A stretch of DNA of 64,000 nt from Bacteroidia bacterium (GTDB taxonomy: Bacteria; Bacteroidota; Bacteroidia; NS11-12g; UBA9320), in contig JAOKFZ010000006.1 in NCBI GenBank assembly GCA_028247315.1, positions 1,403 to 65,402 on the forward strand. Reading direction: 5' to 3'. Of the stretch, positions 9,582 through 19,881 are shown one piece after another; the first letter of the stretch is position 1; every line of letters begins with the position of its first letter. The notes below the pieces were generated by a model, which was given only the letters and a program-made list of their open reading frames with translations, was not told the DNA's origin and ran no database searches. The translations under genes and the position numbers were made by a program.

Positions 9582-10832
9582 TTACTTGCGTAAGGCAACA
9601 ACCGGGTCCATTCTTGCCGCTAGGAGTGCAGGTGCTATGCCGGCAACCAAGCCAATTACTATAGAAAATCCTATACCACTGGCAAATATATTTGAGCTAT
9701 AGAAAATCTGAAAGGTACTGAATGTGCTCGCTAAGTATCCCAATACAATGACCATAAAAATACCGATAATAGCACCAATAACGCAAAGTAAGATTGCCTC
9801 AAATAAGAATTGATACATAATAAAATTGCGTTTGGCTCCCAAAGCTTTTTGTAAACCTATGATACCTGTACGCTCTTTTACGGAGACAAACATTATGTTG
9901 GCTATTCCAAAACCGCCTACCAGTAACGAGAATATACCGATCAATAAGGCTGCTCCGTCTATTGCTAAGAAGGTTTGATCAAGACTGTCACTTACCATGG
10001 TTAGCTTATTTATGGCAAAGTTGTCTTTGTCTTTGGGGCGTAGCTTTCGTATCGATCGCATGATGCGTTTTATTTCAAAGTCTACAAGTTTTAGTTCTAC
10101 GGCATCTTGCCCTTTTAAGATGATAGCTGAGCTTACTCCACGGGTGTTTGGTTTGTTAAATTTTTGAGCAAACAAACCGGTTAAAACTGCTATATTGTCG
10201 TATTGTGGTCCGCCTATGGCTTGACCTTGCAATTTTAGAACGCCAATAATATGGACCTTATGTCCGTTTATTTTAATATCTCTGCCAACAGGATTTGCCC
10301 CTAGAAATAGGTTCATACCTAGATTATACCCTACTATCGCCGTGTTCTTCCCTTGGTTGGTCTCAAAATCTGTAAAGGTGCGACCAGTAGTTAATTCCCA
10401 CTGGTTTATTTGGAAGAAGTCTCCCATAACAGCTGTTATTTTTACATCAGAAATTTCTTGAAGTGAACTTTTGGCCTTATTCCCTCCAAACTCAAACGAA
10501 AAAGCGGTATTTTTTACGACCTCTTTATTGCACTCTTTGGATATTCGCTTGTATTCTTGAATATCTACATCGGGCCTATTGAGATAATCCCACCACTGGT
10601 AATTGCCACCAAAACCCCATGGCCATTTTTGTATGTAGACTATTTTGTCACCCATTTTGTCTACGTTGCTGCGTATGTTTTGCTCTAGTGAGTGAGTCGC
10701 CGTAAAAATGGCTACTATGCAGAATATACCAATGGTGATGCCCAGTACAGATAGGACACTACGCAGTTTATTCGCTCTTAAAAAATTGAGAGATAGCATG
10801 ATAGACTCTCTCAGTACATTGGTGAAATTCAT
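9582..10832 (-). CDS. ABC transporter permease, MacB/FtsX family
   Basis: NKLRSVLSVLGITIGI, periplasmic domain, GIANIMFVSVKERTGIIGLQKALGA and MDPVVALR. Confidence 0.9.
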   Translation of the reverse strand: MNFTNVLRESIMLSLNFLRANKLRSVLSVLGITIGIFCIVAIFTATHSLEQNIRSNVDKMGDKIVYIQKWPWGFGGNYQWWDYLNRPDVDIQEYKRISKECNKEVVKNTAFSFEFGGNKAKSSLQEISDVKITAVMGDFFQINQWELTTGRTFTDFETNQGKNTAIVGYNLGMNLFLGANPVGRDIKINGHKVHIIGVLKLQGQAIGGPQYDNIAVLTGLFAQKFNKPNTRGVSSAIILKGQDAVELKLVDFEIKRIMRSIRKLRPKDKDNFAINKLTMVSDSLDQTFLAIDGAALLIGIFSLLVGGFGIANIMFVSVKERTGIIGLQKALGAKRNFIMYQFLFEAILLCVIGAIIGIFMVIVLGYLASTFSTFQIFYSSNIFASGIGFSIVIGLVAGIAPALLAARMDPVVALRK

Positions 10833-10962
10833 ACAGTAAGCTTCAATAGTAGGTGATATTAATGGTAGGATTATTTCTTCTCGATTAACGGTGCATTTTT
10901 AGATATGATTGATAGCTATTAAACTCTTCTATGTTTAGCTTGATTTAGCCTATTGAAAAGGT

Positions 10963-10970
10963 TATTTTTG
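10963..10970 (+). promoter_or_regulatory. -7 promoter box (TATTTTTG) for queA
   Basis: TAnnTTTG match followed by CA, 40 nt upstream of the ATG. Confidence 0.55.
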
Positions 10971-11010
10971 CAGCCTTTTTCGCACCATTTATAGCTAATT
11001 AAAATAACTC

Positions 11011-12060
11011 ATGAAATTATCAGAATTCCACCTAGAATTAGACCCAAGTAGAGTAGCTAAAACACCACCTTTTAATCGAGATGAGTGTAAGCTAATGATA
11101 GTAGACAAAAAAGCTAAAACCATTGAGCACAAGATGTTTAAAGACATATTGGAGGAATTTGGCGAAGGTGATGTTATGGTACTTAATAATGCCAAGGTGT
11201 TTCCTGCCAGACTCTATGGTAATAAGGAAAAGACAGGTGCCAAAATAGAAGTGTTCTTGCTTAGAGAGCTAAACCAAGAACTCCGTCTTTGGGACGTTTT
11301 GGTAGATCCAGCCCGTAAAATTCGTGTAGGAAATAAACTTTTTTTTGGAGAAGATGAGTTGGTTGCTGAAGTAATAGATAACACAACAAGCCGCGGTCGT
11401 ACTATACGGTTCTTATTTGATGGTACCGATGCAGAATTTAAAGGTGTTGTAAATAAACTCGGCCATACACCTATACCAAAATACTTGGAGCGTGAAGCAA
11501 CACAAGATGATGCAGAAATGTATCAAACGATATTTGCAGAAAAGGACGGAGCAATAGCCCCACCTGCAGCAGGTCTTCACTTCACCAAAGCATTAATGAT
11601 GCGTTTGGAGATAAAAGGTGTGAACTTTGCAAAGGTAAACCTAAACATAGGTCTTGGAGCTTTTAGACCAGTGGAGGTTGAAGACCTTACTAAGCATAAA
11701 ATGGATAGTGAACATTTTATCATAGAGCAAGATGCCGCTGATATGGTAAATGATGCTAAGAAAAATAAAAAACGTGTATTAGCTGTCGGGAGTAGTGTTA
11801 TGAGAGCTTTAGAAAGTTCTGTGTCAGCATTTGGTGCGTTAAATCCGGATGACAGTTGGACGGATAAGTTTATTTTCCCTCCGTATGAACCACGAATAGC
11901 TAATGCTTATCTTACTAACTTTCATCAACCAAAGTCTACACTTATGATGCTAACATCTGCCTATTTGGACGATCATAAGTTGGCAATGGAAGTATATGAA
12001 ACTGCTGTAAAGGAAGGATATAATTTTCTTTGTTACGGAGACGCACTGCTCATTAAATAG
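11011..12060 (+). CDS. queA: S-adenosylmethionine:tRNA ribosyltransferase-isomerase (divergent motifs)
   Basis: [27 protein letters not shown] and YGDALLI motifs. Confidence 0.9.
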   Translation: MKLSEFHLELDPSRVAKTPPFNRDECKLMIVDKKAKTIEHKMFKDILEEFGEGDVMVLNNAKVFPARLYGNKEKTGAKIEVFLLRELNQELRLWDVLVDPARKIRVGNKLFFGEDELVAEVIDNTTSRGRTIRFLFDGTDAEFKGVVNKLGHTPIPKYLEREATQDDAEMYQTIFAEKDGAIAPPAAGLHFTKALMMRLEIKGVNFAKVNLNIGLGAFRPVEVEDLTKHKMDSEHFIIEQDAADMVNDAKKNKKRVLAVGSSVMRALESSVSAFGALNPDDSWTDKFIFPPYEPRIANAYLTNFHQPKSTLMMLTSAYLDDHKLAMEVYETAVKEGYNFLCYGDALLIK

Positions 12061-12123
12061 AACCTTTGGTACAAAATGTGCAAACCCTTTAGTGGGTCTT
12101 TTTTAACTTCGAAGAATACTAGC

Positions 12124-12759
12124 ATGGAGATTATTTTAATTGGTACAATGGTTTTAGCATCTTATCTGATAGGCAGTATGCCCAGTAGTGTTTGGATAGG
12201 TAAGGCATATTTCGGCATAGATGTACGCAATTTTGGCAGTGGAAATGCAGGAGCCACCAATACATTTAGAGTATTAGGTACACCTACAGGGCTTCTGGTT
12301 CTTTTCCTAGATATTGTAAAAGGCATAACTGCCACAAGTCTAATACACTACATACCATCTGTTTCTCATGGTACTGATCAGTTTATAAACCTGCAGTTGC
12401 TCTTTGGTTTACTCGCTGTGGTGGGTCATATTTTCCCGGTATATGAGAATTTTAAAGGAGGAAAGGGTATAGCAACGTTATTTGGTATGTTGATTGGTAT
12501 CCATTATGTATTAGCGTTGGCTTGTGCAGGCTTATTCATCGTTGTTCTATTATCTACCAAGTATGTGTCACTTAGCAGTATACTAGCTGCCGTGTCATTC
12601 CCTATACTTACTATTTTTGTTTTTAAGAGAGACGAGCCGTTATTTATAGCCTTTGGTATTGCAGCAGCATTATTGGTCGTGCTTACACACAAAAAAAATA
12701 TTACCAGACTCATAAATGGGATAGAAAGTAAAGCTAATTTATTTGGGGGTAAACAATGA
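12124..12759 (+). CDS. plsY: Glycerol-3-phosphate acyltransferase
   Basis: YLIGS, DVRNFGSGNAGATN, DIVKG, GHIFP and FKGGKGIAT motifs. Confidence 0.93.
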   Translation: MEIILIGTMVLASYLIGSMPSSVWIGKAYFGIDVRNFGSGNAGATNTFRVLGTPTGLLVLFLDIVKGITATSLIHYIPSVSHGTDQFINLQLLFGLLAVVGHIFPVYENFKGGKGIATLFGMLIGIHYVLALACAGLFIVVLLSTKYVSLSSILAAVSFPILTIFVFKRDEPLFIAFGIAAALLVVLTHKKNITRLINGIESKANLFGGKQ

Positions 12760-13043
12760 TTTGGAGTACAAAAACAGAAGAGGTCGAAGAGTTAGATGTT
12801 TTAGTTGCAGTGAACCAGGGTGCTGCCATCGTTTTGTATAATGATGATTTGAACACTTTTGACCATGTAATTTACTGCCTTATAAAGTACTGTAAGCATA
12901 CTGCTGAGCAGGCAGAACAATGTGCTATGCTTGTACATTACAAAGGGAAGTGCCAGGTGAAAAATGGTTCAGAAATAGAATTGTTGCCTATCTGCCAAGC
13001 ACTCACTGAAAAAGGGTTGAGTGCAGTAATAGAAGAGCTTTAA
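12756..13043 (+). CDS. clpS: Clp protease adaptor ClpS
   Basis: [14 protein letters not shown] and AMLVHYKGK motifs. Confidence 0.9.
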   Translation: MIWSTKTEEVEELDVLVAVNQGAAIVLYNDDLNTFDHVIYCLIKYCKHTAEQAEQCAMLVHYKGKCQVKNGSEIELLPICQALTEKGLSAVIEEL

Positions 13044-13858
13044 TACTGCTCCTTCTCGTTAGGAAAATCTAAAGCCTTAACATCTTTTATGTAATGCTGT
13101 ACTGCACCTTTCATTTCTTCATATAAATTTAAGTATCTACGCAAAAATCGTGGTGAGAACTCTTTAGTAACACCCAGCATATCATGGAGTACAAGCACTT
13201 GTCCATCTACATCACTACCTGCACCTATGCCTATTACAGGTATGGTAAGACAAGCAGCTACCTCTTTGGCTAGTGTGGCAGGTATTTTTTCGAGCACTAG
13301 GGCAAAGCATCCAGCTTCTTCTAAGAGTTTTGCGTCCTCTATAAGCTTGGCCGCTTCCTCTACTTCTTTGGCTCGTACCGTGTATGTCCCAAATTTGTAG
13401 ATACTCTGTGGCGTAAGTCCTAAGTGTCCCATTACAGGTATTCCTGCTGATAGTATACGCTTCACAGATTCTATTACTTCGCTTCCACCTTCTAATTTTA
13501 CCGAGTGTGCTCCGCTTTCTTTCATAATACGGATAGCACTTTTTAGAGCTTCTGTACTATTTCCTTGGTAGCTGCCAAATGGTAAATCTACTACTACTAG
13601 TGCTCTATCTACAGCACGAATAACGGACTGTGCGTGGTATATCATATGATCAAGCGTGATGGGCAGTGTGCTGTCGTGACCTGCCATTACATTACTGGCA
13701 GAGTCGCCTACTAGTATTACGTCAATACCTGCGTCATCTACTATCTTAGCATACGAATAGTCGTAAGCAGTTAGCATACTTATTTTTTCACCTCTATTCT
13801 TCATCTCTTGAAGTTGGTGAGTAGTCATTTTTTTTATGTCTTTCTTAGCTGTGCTCAT
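13040..13858 (-). CDS. panB: 3-methyl-2-oxobutanoate hydroxymethyltransferase
   Basis: [26 protein letters not shown] and IGIGAG motifs. Confidence 0.96.
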   Translation of the reverse strand: MSTAKKDIKKMTTHQLQEMKNRGEKISMLTAYDYSYAKIVDDAGIDVILVGDSASNVMAGHDSTLPITLDHMIYHAQSVIRAVDRALVVVDLPFGSYQGNSTEALKSAIRIMKESGAHSVKLEGGSEVIESVKRILSAGIPVMGHLGLTPQSIYKFGTYTVRAKEVEEAAKLIEDAKLLEEAGCFALVLEKIPATLAKEVAACLTIPVIGIGAGSDVDGQVLVLHDMLGVTKEFSPRFLRRYLNLYEEMKGAVQHYIKDVKALDFPNEKEQY

Positions 13859-13863
13859 TCCTG

Positions 13864-14988
13864 TTATTCTTGTATTTCCAGTAGGTACTTCATGCGTTCT
13901 ATTTCTCTAAGCAACACATTATTGTCTTTTTTTAATTGAGAATTGGTGCGGTACAACTCCTTATTAGTTATCTTTAGTGTGCTATTTTCTCGTTTCATAT
14001 TTGCCAATATGGAGCTAAGATTCAGCACTAAATCTCCATTAGATCCTGCCTCAATGTCCTCTTTGAGTGACTCCAAGTAGGTTAGTCTTGTATTTGCCTT
14101 GTTCAGGGCCTTACTCGTAGAATCAAGTTGATTACCCAAAAATCTGTTATTTATGGTTAGCTGTTTCGTTTTGGTGACGAGTGAGGTATCATAGTTTAGC
14201 ATACTGCGGCACTTGTTTACCTCTCTTTCAAGTGTCTCTATTTCTTTTTGTTGTATATCTATTTTGGTTTTGAATAAGAGTATCACCTCTTCAAATGCAG
14301 GATCATTCGTTGTAGTTTCTGCATTGTTAGGGTTTGAAGTTCTCTTTGATAAGGTGTTTCCCGACTTGCTGAGATGAAATTGGTCTATCAATACTTCTGT
14401 ACTCGCACTAGCAAACAGACCTATATTACCCTGGCTGTATTGCGTGTCATATATGGTGTAGCTGTATTCGCCATTGAAATAGATATCGAAATAACCATCT
14501 TCAACGCGTACCATAATGGTGTTTGTTTTTTTTGTTAAGTTTTTGCTCTTAATCCAACCGTTTCCTTTTGGTGTACCACTCAATAGTCGCTGTTGGGTAC
14601 CATTTATCTTGTAGGCTCGGTAATTCTTTTTAGCACCTATTTCGATAAAGATACCTCCGTTCGTATTAGTTTGTCCATGGAGTATGAGTCCTCCAGTACC
14701 ATGCTTATTTTCTTTGCAAACAAGAAAACGGTTTGAAACTTCGTAGGATACTAGTGGCTTGTCAATCTTTAGATATGCGACAGATTGTCCTTCATCTTTT
14801 ATACGCTTGATGCGGTACTGGCCATCTTCAATAATTGTAAGCTCTAGCGAGTTGTACTTTTCCGGGAAATTGTTGCTATTTGATGAGAAATCATCGAAAA
14901 CCAACGTGTCTGTAAATTTGGTATAAACGTTTTGGCCTTTAGTTAAATGTGACAGACTTATTATGAGTAGAAATGATAGGATTCTCAT
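13864..14988 (-). CDS. Secreted protein with a ConA-like/DUF1080-like beta-sandwich and a C-terminal coiled coil
   Basis: Signal peptide [19 protein letters not shown]; beta-rich domain (FDDFS...YFDIYFNG...GNIGLF...IDQFHL); heptad-rich C-terminal ~140 aa. Start placed at ATG 14988, downstream of a TAGCTTTG box at 15007-15014. Confidence 0.55.
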   Translation of the reverse strand: MRILSFLLIISLSHLTKGQNVYTKFTDTLVFDDFSSNSNNFPEKYNSLELTIIEDGQYRIKRIKDEGQSVAYLKIDKPLVSYEVSNRFLVCKENKHGTGGLILHGQTNTNGGIFIEIGAKKNYRAYKINGTQQRLLSGTPKGNGWIKSKNLTKKTNTIMVRVEDGYFDIYFNGEYSYTIYDTQYSQGNIGLFASASTEVLIDQFHLSKSGNTLSKRTSNPNNAETTTNDPAFEEVILLFKTKIDIQQKEIETLEREVNKCRSMLNYDTSLVTKTKQLTINNRFLGNQLDSTSKALNKANTRLTYLESLKEDIEAGSNGDLVLNLSSILANMKRENSTLKITNKELYRTNSQLKKDNNVLLREIERMKYLLEIQE

Positions 14989-15024
14989 TTTTATTGTGAA
15001 AGTTTGCAAAGCTAATCTAAAAAT

Positions 15025-16062
15025 ATGCAAAAAACGATTTGGACAAAAGCAGTTCTCTTTATTGGTATACTTGGTCTATTGGGCTGTGACAATGAGCTTG
15101 ATGTAGCAGCAGACTGGAAAGAGATTGCTATAGTATATGGTGCTATAAATCCGAGTGTAGACAAAAACTATGTACGTATTCAGCGGGCGTATTTAGACGA
15201 GAATACAAGTGCCTTGGCTTTTTCAAGGTTAAAGGACTCGCTATACTTTGATACCTTGATAGTATATGTTGATGAATTTCAAAATGGCCAGTTTACACAA
15301 CGCATGGAACTATCTAAGGTTGATGGTAACCTAATTGGGATACCGAAAGATACAGGTGTCTTCTATTCTGATGAAAATATTTTGTATGAACTGGATGCGG
15401 ATCTCAAAGCGTCGTTGTTTGCTACGGATTGGTCGTATAGGCTTACTGTGCAAAATCCGAAAAATGGATATGTAGCAACAGCTACGGCTACTAGTTTAGG
15501 AGATATACAAGCCCGCAGCCCAATAAGTCCTACTGGAGGTAGTGTTTATATATCCGCAAATCAGAATCACGTTGTCCCCGTTATTTTTCAGGAAGGGAAG
15601 CATGCCAGAGCTTATAGAGTAGCGATGAATGTGGTAATAGAAGAAACGAAAATTAGCAACCCTTCAGAAAAAGAAATTAAAAACCTAGAATGGGTTATGA
15701 TAAACTCAGGCGAGACAAGAGAGTTGCGTGGGTTTAATGATGCTAATTATAAGGTACTGTCTGCTGGTTTTTTTGCAATGCTAAAAAGTAGACTAGATAT
15801 AGATGAAACAGTGGAGCGTAGACTCGTGAGTTATGACCTTGTGTTTTATGGCATCTCTGACGATTTCAACACATTTTTGAGTGTACTCCAACCTTCAACT
15901 ACCATTGTGCAGAAGAAACCGGAATTTACCAATGTAGACAATGGTTTAGGCATATTTACTTCGCGTAACATTACTATTTTTGATAATCGCACATTCAATG
16001 CGACCATACTGCCGCAAGTACAATCGTCACTTATTACTGCAGAACTGGGGTTTGTAAAGTAG
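15025..16062 (+). CDS. Lipoprotein, DUF4249-like
   Basis: Lipobox LLGC; IAIVYG; ends FTNVDNGLGIFTSR. Confidence 0.6.
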   Translation: MQKTIWTKAVLFIGILGLLGCDNELDVAADWKEIAIVYGAINPSVDKNYVRIQRAYLDENTSALAFSRLKDSLYFDTLIVYVDEFQNGQFTQRMELSKVDGNLIGIPKDTGVFYSDENILYELDADLKASLFATDWSYRLTVQNPKNGYVATATATSLGDIQARSPISPTGGSVYISANQNHVVPVIFQEGKHARAYRVAMNVVIEETKISNPSEKEIKNLEWVMINSGETRELRGFNDANYKVLSAGFFAMLKSRLDIDETVERRLVSYDLVFYGISDDFNTFLSVLQPSTTIVQKKPEFTNVDNGLGIFTSRNITIFDNRTFNATILPQVQSSLITAELGFVK

Positions 16063-16123
16063 TAATTGTGTCGTTTTGTCACATCTAGTGTGAGCTAACT
16101 GACAAATTTCACACATTATCTTG

Positions 16124-16139
16124 TTGGCATTGTAGTTGT
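16124..16139 (+). promoter_or_regulatory. Candidate sigma54-like -24/-12 promoter for dnaK
   Basis: TTGGCATTGTAGTTGT is GG-N10-GT, close to the TGGCAC-N5-TTGC consensus. No TAnnTTTG box in this intergenic region. Confidence 0.5.
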
Positions 16140-16175
16140 CCTTTACAGGGCAATTAATAATCGAATTTTATACAA

Positions 16176-18080
16176 ATGAGTAAAGTAATTGGAATTGACT
16201 TAGGAACTACGAACAGTTGCGTATCCGTAATGGAGGGTAACGAACCGGTAGTGATACCTAACAGCGAAGGTAGAAGAACAACACCATCTATTGTAGCCTT
16301 TATGGACAATGGTAATGGTGAGAGAAAAGTAGGAGATCCTGCTAAGAGACAAGCAATCACAAATCCACAAAACACGATAAGTTCTATCAAACGTTTTATG
16401 GGTTCTACCTACGATGAGGTAGCAGAAGAGGTAGCAAATATGTCGTATAAAGTGGTGAAAGGTGACAACAACACACCTCGCGTACTGATAGGAGATAGAA
16501 AATATACCCCACAAGAGATTTCTGCTATTATTCTTCAGAAAATGAAGAAAACGGCAGAAGACTACTTAGGTACTGAAGTGACTAGAGCGGTAATTACCGT
16601 GCCTGCATACTTTAACGATAGCCAAAGACAAGCAACGAAAGAAGCTGGTGAGATAGCTGGACTAAAAGTAGAGCGTGTAGTGAATGAGCCTACGGCTGCT
16701 GCACTAGCTTACGGACTAGAGAAAAAAGATGTAGATCAGAAAATAGCTGTTTACGATTTAGGTGGAGGTACGTTTGATATTTCTGTACTAGAATTAGGAG
16801 ATGGTGTATTCGAAGTGAAATCTACTAACGGTGATACTCACCTTGGTGGAGATGATTTTGATAGAGTTATCATAAACTGGTTGGCAGAAGAATTTAAAGC
16901 AGATGAGAACTTAGATCTTAGAAAAGATCCCATGGCTCTTCAGCGTTTGAAAGAAGCTGCTGAGAAGGCTAAAATAGAATTGAGTAGTTCTACTCAAACT
17001 GAAATTAACTTACCTTATGTTACTGCTACAGATTCAGGACCTAAGCACTTGGTACGTTCACTTACTAGAGCCAAATTTGAGCAACTAGCAGATGATCTTA
17101 TCAAAAGAAGTATGGATCCAGTAAGACAAGCAATGAAAGATGCTGGTTATACTCCTGCAGATATAGATGAAGTAATCTTAGTAGGTGGTAGTACACGTAT
17201 ACCAAGAATACAAGAAGAAGTAGAGAAGTTCTTTGGTAAGTCTCCTAGTAAAGGAGTTAATCCAGATGAGGTTGTTGCTATTGGAGCGGCTATACAAGGT
17301 GGTGTACTTACAGGTGAGGTGAAGGATGTTCTTTTACTTGACGTAACTCCACTATCTCTAGGTATAGAGACTATGGGTGGTGTATCTACAGTACTTATAG
17401 AGTCTAATACGACTATTCCTTCTAAAAAATCTCAAGTATTTTCTACGGCGGCAGACAATCAGCCAAGTGTAGAAATTCACATCTTACAAGGTGAGAGAAC
17501 TATGGCTAAGGACAATAGAACTATTGGTAAATTCCACTTAGATTCTATTCCACCTGCACCTAGAGGAAGACCACAGATAGAGGTGACTTTCGATATAGAT
17601 GCCAATGGTATATTAAACGTAAGTGCGAAGGATAAAGACACTGGTAAAGAGCAAAACATCAGAATAGAAGCTAGCTCTGGACTAAGTGACGAGGAAATAG
17701 AGAAAATGCGACAAGAAGCAGAGGCTAATGCTGATGCAGACAAAGAAGCAAAAGAAACTATAGATAAGCTAAACCAAGCTGATCAGCTAATATTTACTAC
17801 CGAAAGCCAACTTAAGGAGTACGGTGAGAAAATACCAGCAGAAAAGAAAACAGCTATAGAAGCTGCTGCAGAAGAATTGAAAAAGGCTCACACTGCACAA
17901 GATTTAGCAGGTATTGAGGCTCATTCTGAAACGCTAAACAAAGCGTGGGAAGCTGCTAGCCAGGACATATATGCTGCACAGCAAGAAGCTGGCGGAGCAG
18001 AAGGTGCTAGTCCAGAAGCTAACGCAAACGATGATGCTGCTAAGGATGTAGAAGACGTAGACTTCGAAGAAGTAAAATAG
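16176..18080 (+). CDS. dnaK: Chaperone DnaK (Hsp70)
   Basis: [25 protein letters not shown] and C-terminal [11 protein letters not shown]. Confidence 0.98.
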   Translation: MSKVIGIDLGTTNSCVSVMEGNEPVVIPNSEGRRTTPSIVAFMDNGNGERKVGDPAKRQAITNPQNTISSIKRFMGSTYDEVAEEVANMSYKVVKGDNNTPRVLIGDRKYTPQEISAIILQKMKKTAEDYLGTEVTRAVITVPAYFNDSQRQATKEAGEIAGLKVERVVNEPTAAALAYGLEKKDVDQKIAVYDLGGGTFDISVLELGDGVFEVKSTNGDTHLGGDDFDRVIINWLAEEFKADENLDLRKDPMALQRLKEAAEKAKIELSSSTQTEINLPYVTATDSGPKHLVRSLTRAKFEQLADDLIKRSMDPVRQAMKDAGYTPADIDEVILVGGSTRIPRIQEEVEKFFGKSPSKGVNPDEVVAIGAAIQGGVLTGEVKDVLLLDVTPLSLGIETMGGVSTVLIESNTTIPSKKSQVFSTAADNQPSVEIHILQGERTMAKDNRTIGKFHLDSIPPAPRGRPQIEVTFDIDANGILNVSAKDKDTGKEQNIRIEASSGLSDEEIEKMRQEAEANADADKEAKETIDKLNQADQLIFTTESQLKEYGEKIPAEKKTAIEAAAEELKKAHTAQDLAGIEAHSETLNKAWEAASQDIYAAQQEAGGAEGASPEANANDDAAKDVEDVDFEEVK

Positions 18081-18137
18081 TCTTTACTGCTTAAAGAGTA
18101 ATTTGTCTCTAGTGACGGATTATTGTTAATCATTTTT

Positions 18138-18169
18138 AAGGAGCCACTCATTTGAGTGTCTCCTTTTTT
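18138..18169 (+). terminator. Rho-independent terminator after dnaK
   Basis: AAGGAG-C-CACTC-ATTT-GAGTG-T-CTCCTT stem plus T tract. Confidence 0.7.
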
Positions 18170-18299
18170 ATTAAATATTTGTGGGTGATGAAGTAGAAAA
18201 AATAATTTGTGCATTAGTAATGCTTACCTCTTTAACATGAGCTAATTTGTAAATCCCTCTGATATCCTTTTTTGGTTTAAAACATTTACATTTGACTCC

Positions 18300-18977
18300 G
18301 TGAATAACCTTTTCTACACTACGTCTGTAACCAACGAGATGCTTACGCTGCATGAGCAGGAAGCAGTGCATTGCTCTCTTGTACTTCGCAAAAAGGCAGG
18401 GGATATTATCTACGTTATAGATGGTAAGGGGAATAGGCATAAGTGCGGTATAGACAAACTGAGCAAACGTGAGGTAGAATGTACCATACTGAGTTCAGAG
18501 AATAAGACTAAGTCTGAACACATCACCATCGCCATAGCTCCTACCAAGAATAGAGACAGGCTGGAGTGGATGATAGAGAAACTCGTAGAAATAGGAGTGG
18601 AGCGAATCATCCTTATAAATACAACCAATACGGAGCGTACTCGTACCAATATGGATCGTATACAGAAAAAAGTGATTTCTGCGGTGAAGCAAAGTCTTCG
18701 ATTCTATATGCCAGAGGTTTTAGAGATGGACTATTCGGCGGCATTAGAACTAGTTGCGGACCAAAAGTATATAGCTCATTGCTATGATGAGCAAGCCAAA
18801 ACTGAATATTCGAGTGACTCGACAACCAAGCAACTCATATTGATAGGTCCAGAAGGTGATTTTACTACAGCAGAGGTAGAGAAAGCGTTTGTTGCAGGTT
18901 TTCAAGGTTTAGACTTAGGAGAGTTTAGGCTGCGTACCGAGACTGCGGCTATAGTAGCGGTAAGCAGGTTTCAATAA
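18300..18977 (+). CDS. rsmE: 16S rRNA m3U1498 methyltransferase
   Basis: EKLVEIG, IGPEGDFT and LGEFRLRTETA motifs. GTG start preceded by TACATTTG at 18287-18294. Confidence 0.93.
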   Translation: MNNLFYTTSVTNEMLTLHEQEAVHCSLVLRKKAGDIIYVIDGKGNRHKCGIDKLSKREVECTILSSENKTKSEHITIAIAPTKNRDRLEWMIEKLVEIGVERIILINTTNTERTRTNMDRIQKKVISAVKQSLRFYMPEVLEMDYSAALELVADQKYIAHCYDEQAKTEYSSDSTTKQLILIGPEGDFTTAEVEKAFVAGFQGLDLGEFRLRTETAAIVAVSRFQ

Positions 18978-19005
18978 AATTCAATTAAATTCGTTTGCTC
19001 ATAGA

Positions 19006-19656
19006 ATGAAGAATATTTTTCTCATAGTATTATTGATTATAGGATCTAGTTTTAAAGGGGATTATACCGTAAAAATAGCGAAGCTAAAGTACAATGGAGG
19101 TGGCGACTGGTATAGTAACCGTACAGCATTATCTAACTTAGCAGTCTTTTGCAATTCCAACCTAAAGACGAACATTAACCCGCAGGACGAAGTAGTAGAG
19201 GCTGGGAGTGTGGAGATTTTCAATTATCCCTATGTCTATATGACTGGACATGGTAATGTGCTATTTTCTAAGAAAGATGCCGCAAACCTTCGAAAGTACA
19301 TGATGGCAGGAGGTTTTTTGCATATAGACGACAACTACGGACTAGACCAGTATGTACGTCCAGAGATGAAGAAGGTCTTTCCAGAGCTTGATTTTGTAGA
19401 GCTGCCATTCAATCACCCTATATATAAACAGAAATATAATTTTCCTAAGGGATTACCCAAAATACACGAACACGATGGTAAACCAGCCCAAGGTTTTGGC
19501 TTGATATACAAAGGTCGCTTGGTGTGTTTCTACGATTATGAGTGTGATTTAGGCAACGGCTGGGAAGATGAAGGCATATATGATGATAGTGAAGAGAAAC
19601 GTAAACAGGCATTCCAGATGGGTGCTAATTTAATTCAGTATGTTTTTAGTAACTAG
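19006..19656 (+). CDS. DUF4159 domain protein
   Basis: KLKYNGGGDWY, YMTGHG, GGFLHIDDNYG and DLGNGWED motifs. Confidence 0.85.
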   Translation: MKNIFLIVLLIIGSSFKGDYTVKIAKLKYNGGGDWYSNRTALSNLAVFCNSNLKTNINPQDEVVEAGSVEIFNYPYVYMTGHGNVLFSKKDAANLRKYMMAGGFLHIDDNYGLDQYVRPEMKKVFPELDFVELPFNHPIYKQKYNFPKGLPKIHEHDGKPAQGFGLIYKGRLVCFYDYECDLGNGWEDEGIYDDSEEKRKQAFQMGANLIQYVFSN

Positions 19657-19881
19657 TTGTTAGCTAGGTAGAAATGATTTTTTCATGACTTAGAACGCCG
19701 GAAACGTTGTATTAAATTGAGAAAGGCCATTACAATATCTATAGATATTTCACCGATTTCTAAAAAAAAACATTTTATACAGCATGTCACTAAGATATAC
19801 GGCACATTTTGTATAGATGTTTTCGTGTCAACAGTAAAATTCATACCTGAAGTTTAGGTTGGAGAAGAGGTTTATCTGAAC

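Noticed and set aside
10881-10891. 11-mer TCGATTAACGG shared with the ECF sigma upstream region (opposite strand)
   Set aside because: Too short to be significant, and the flanking bipartite motif is not shared.
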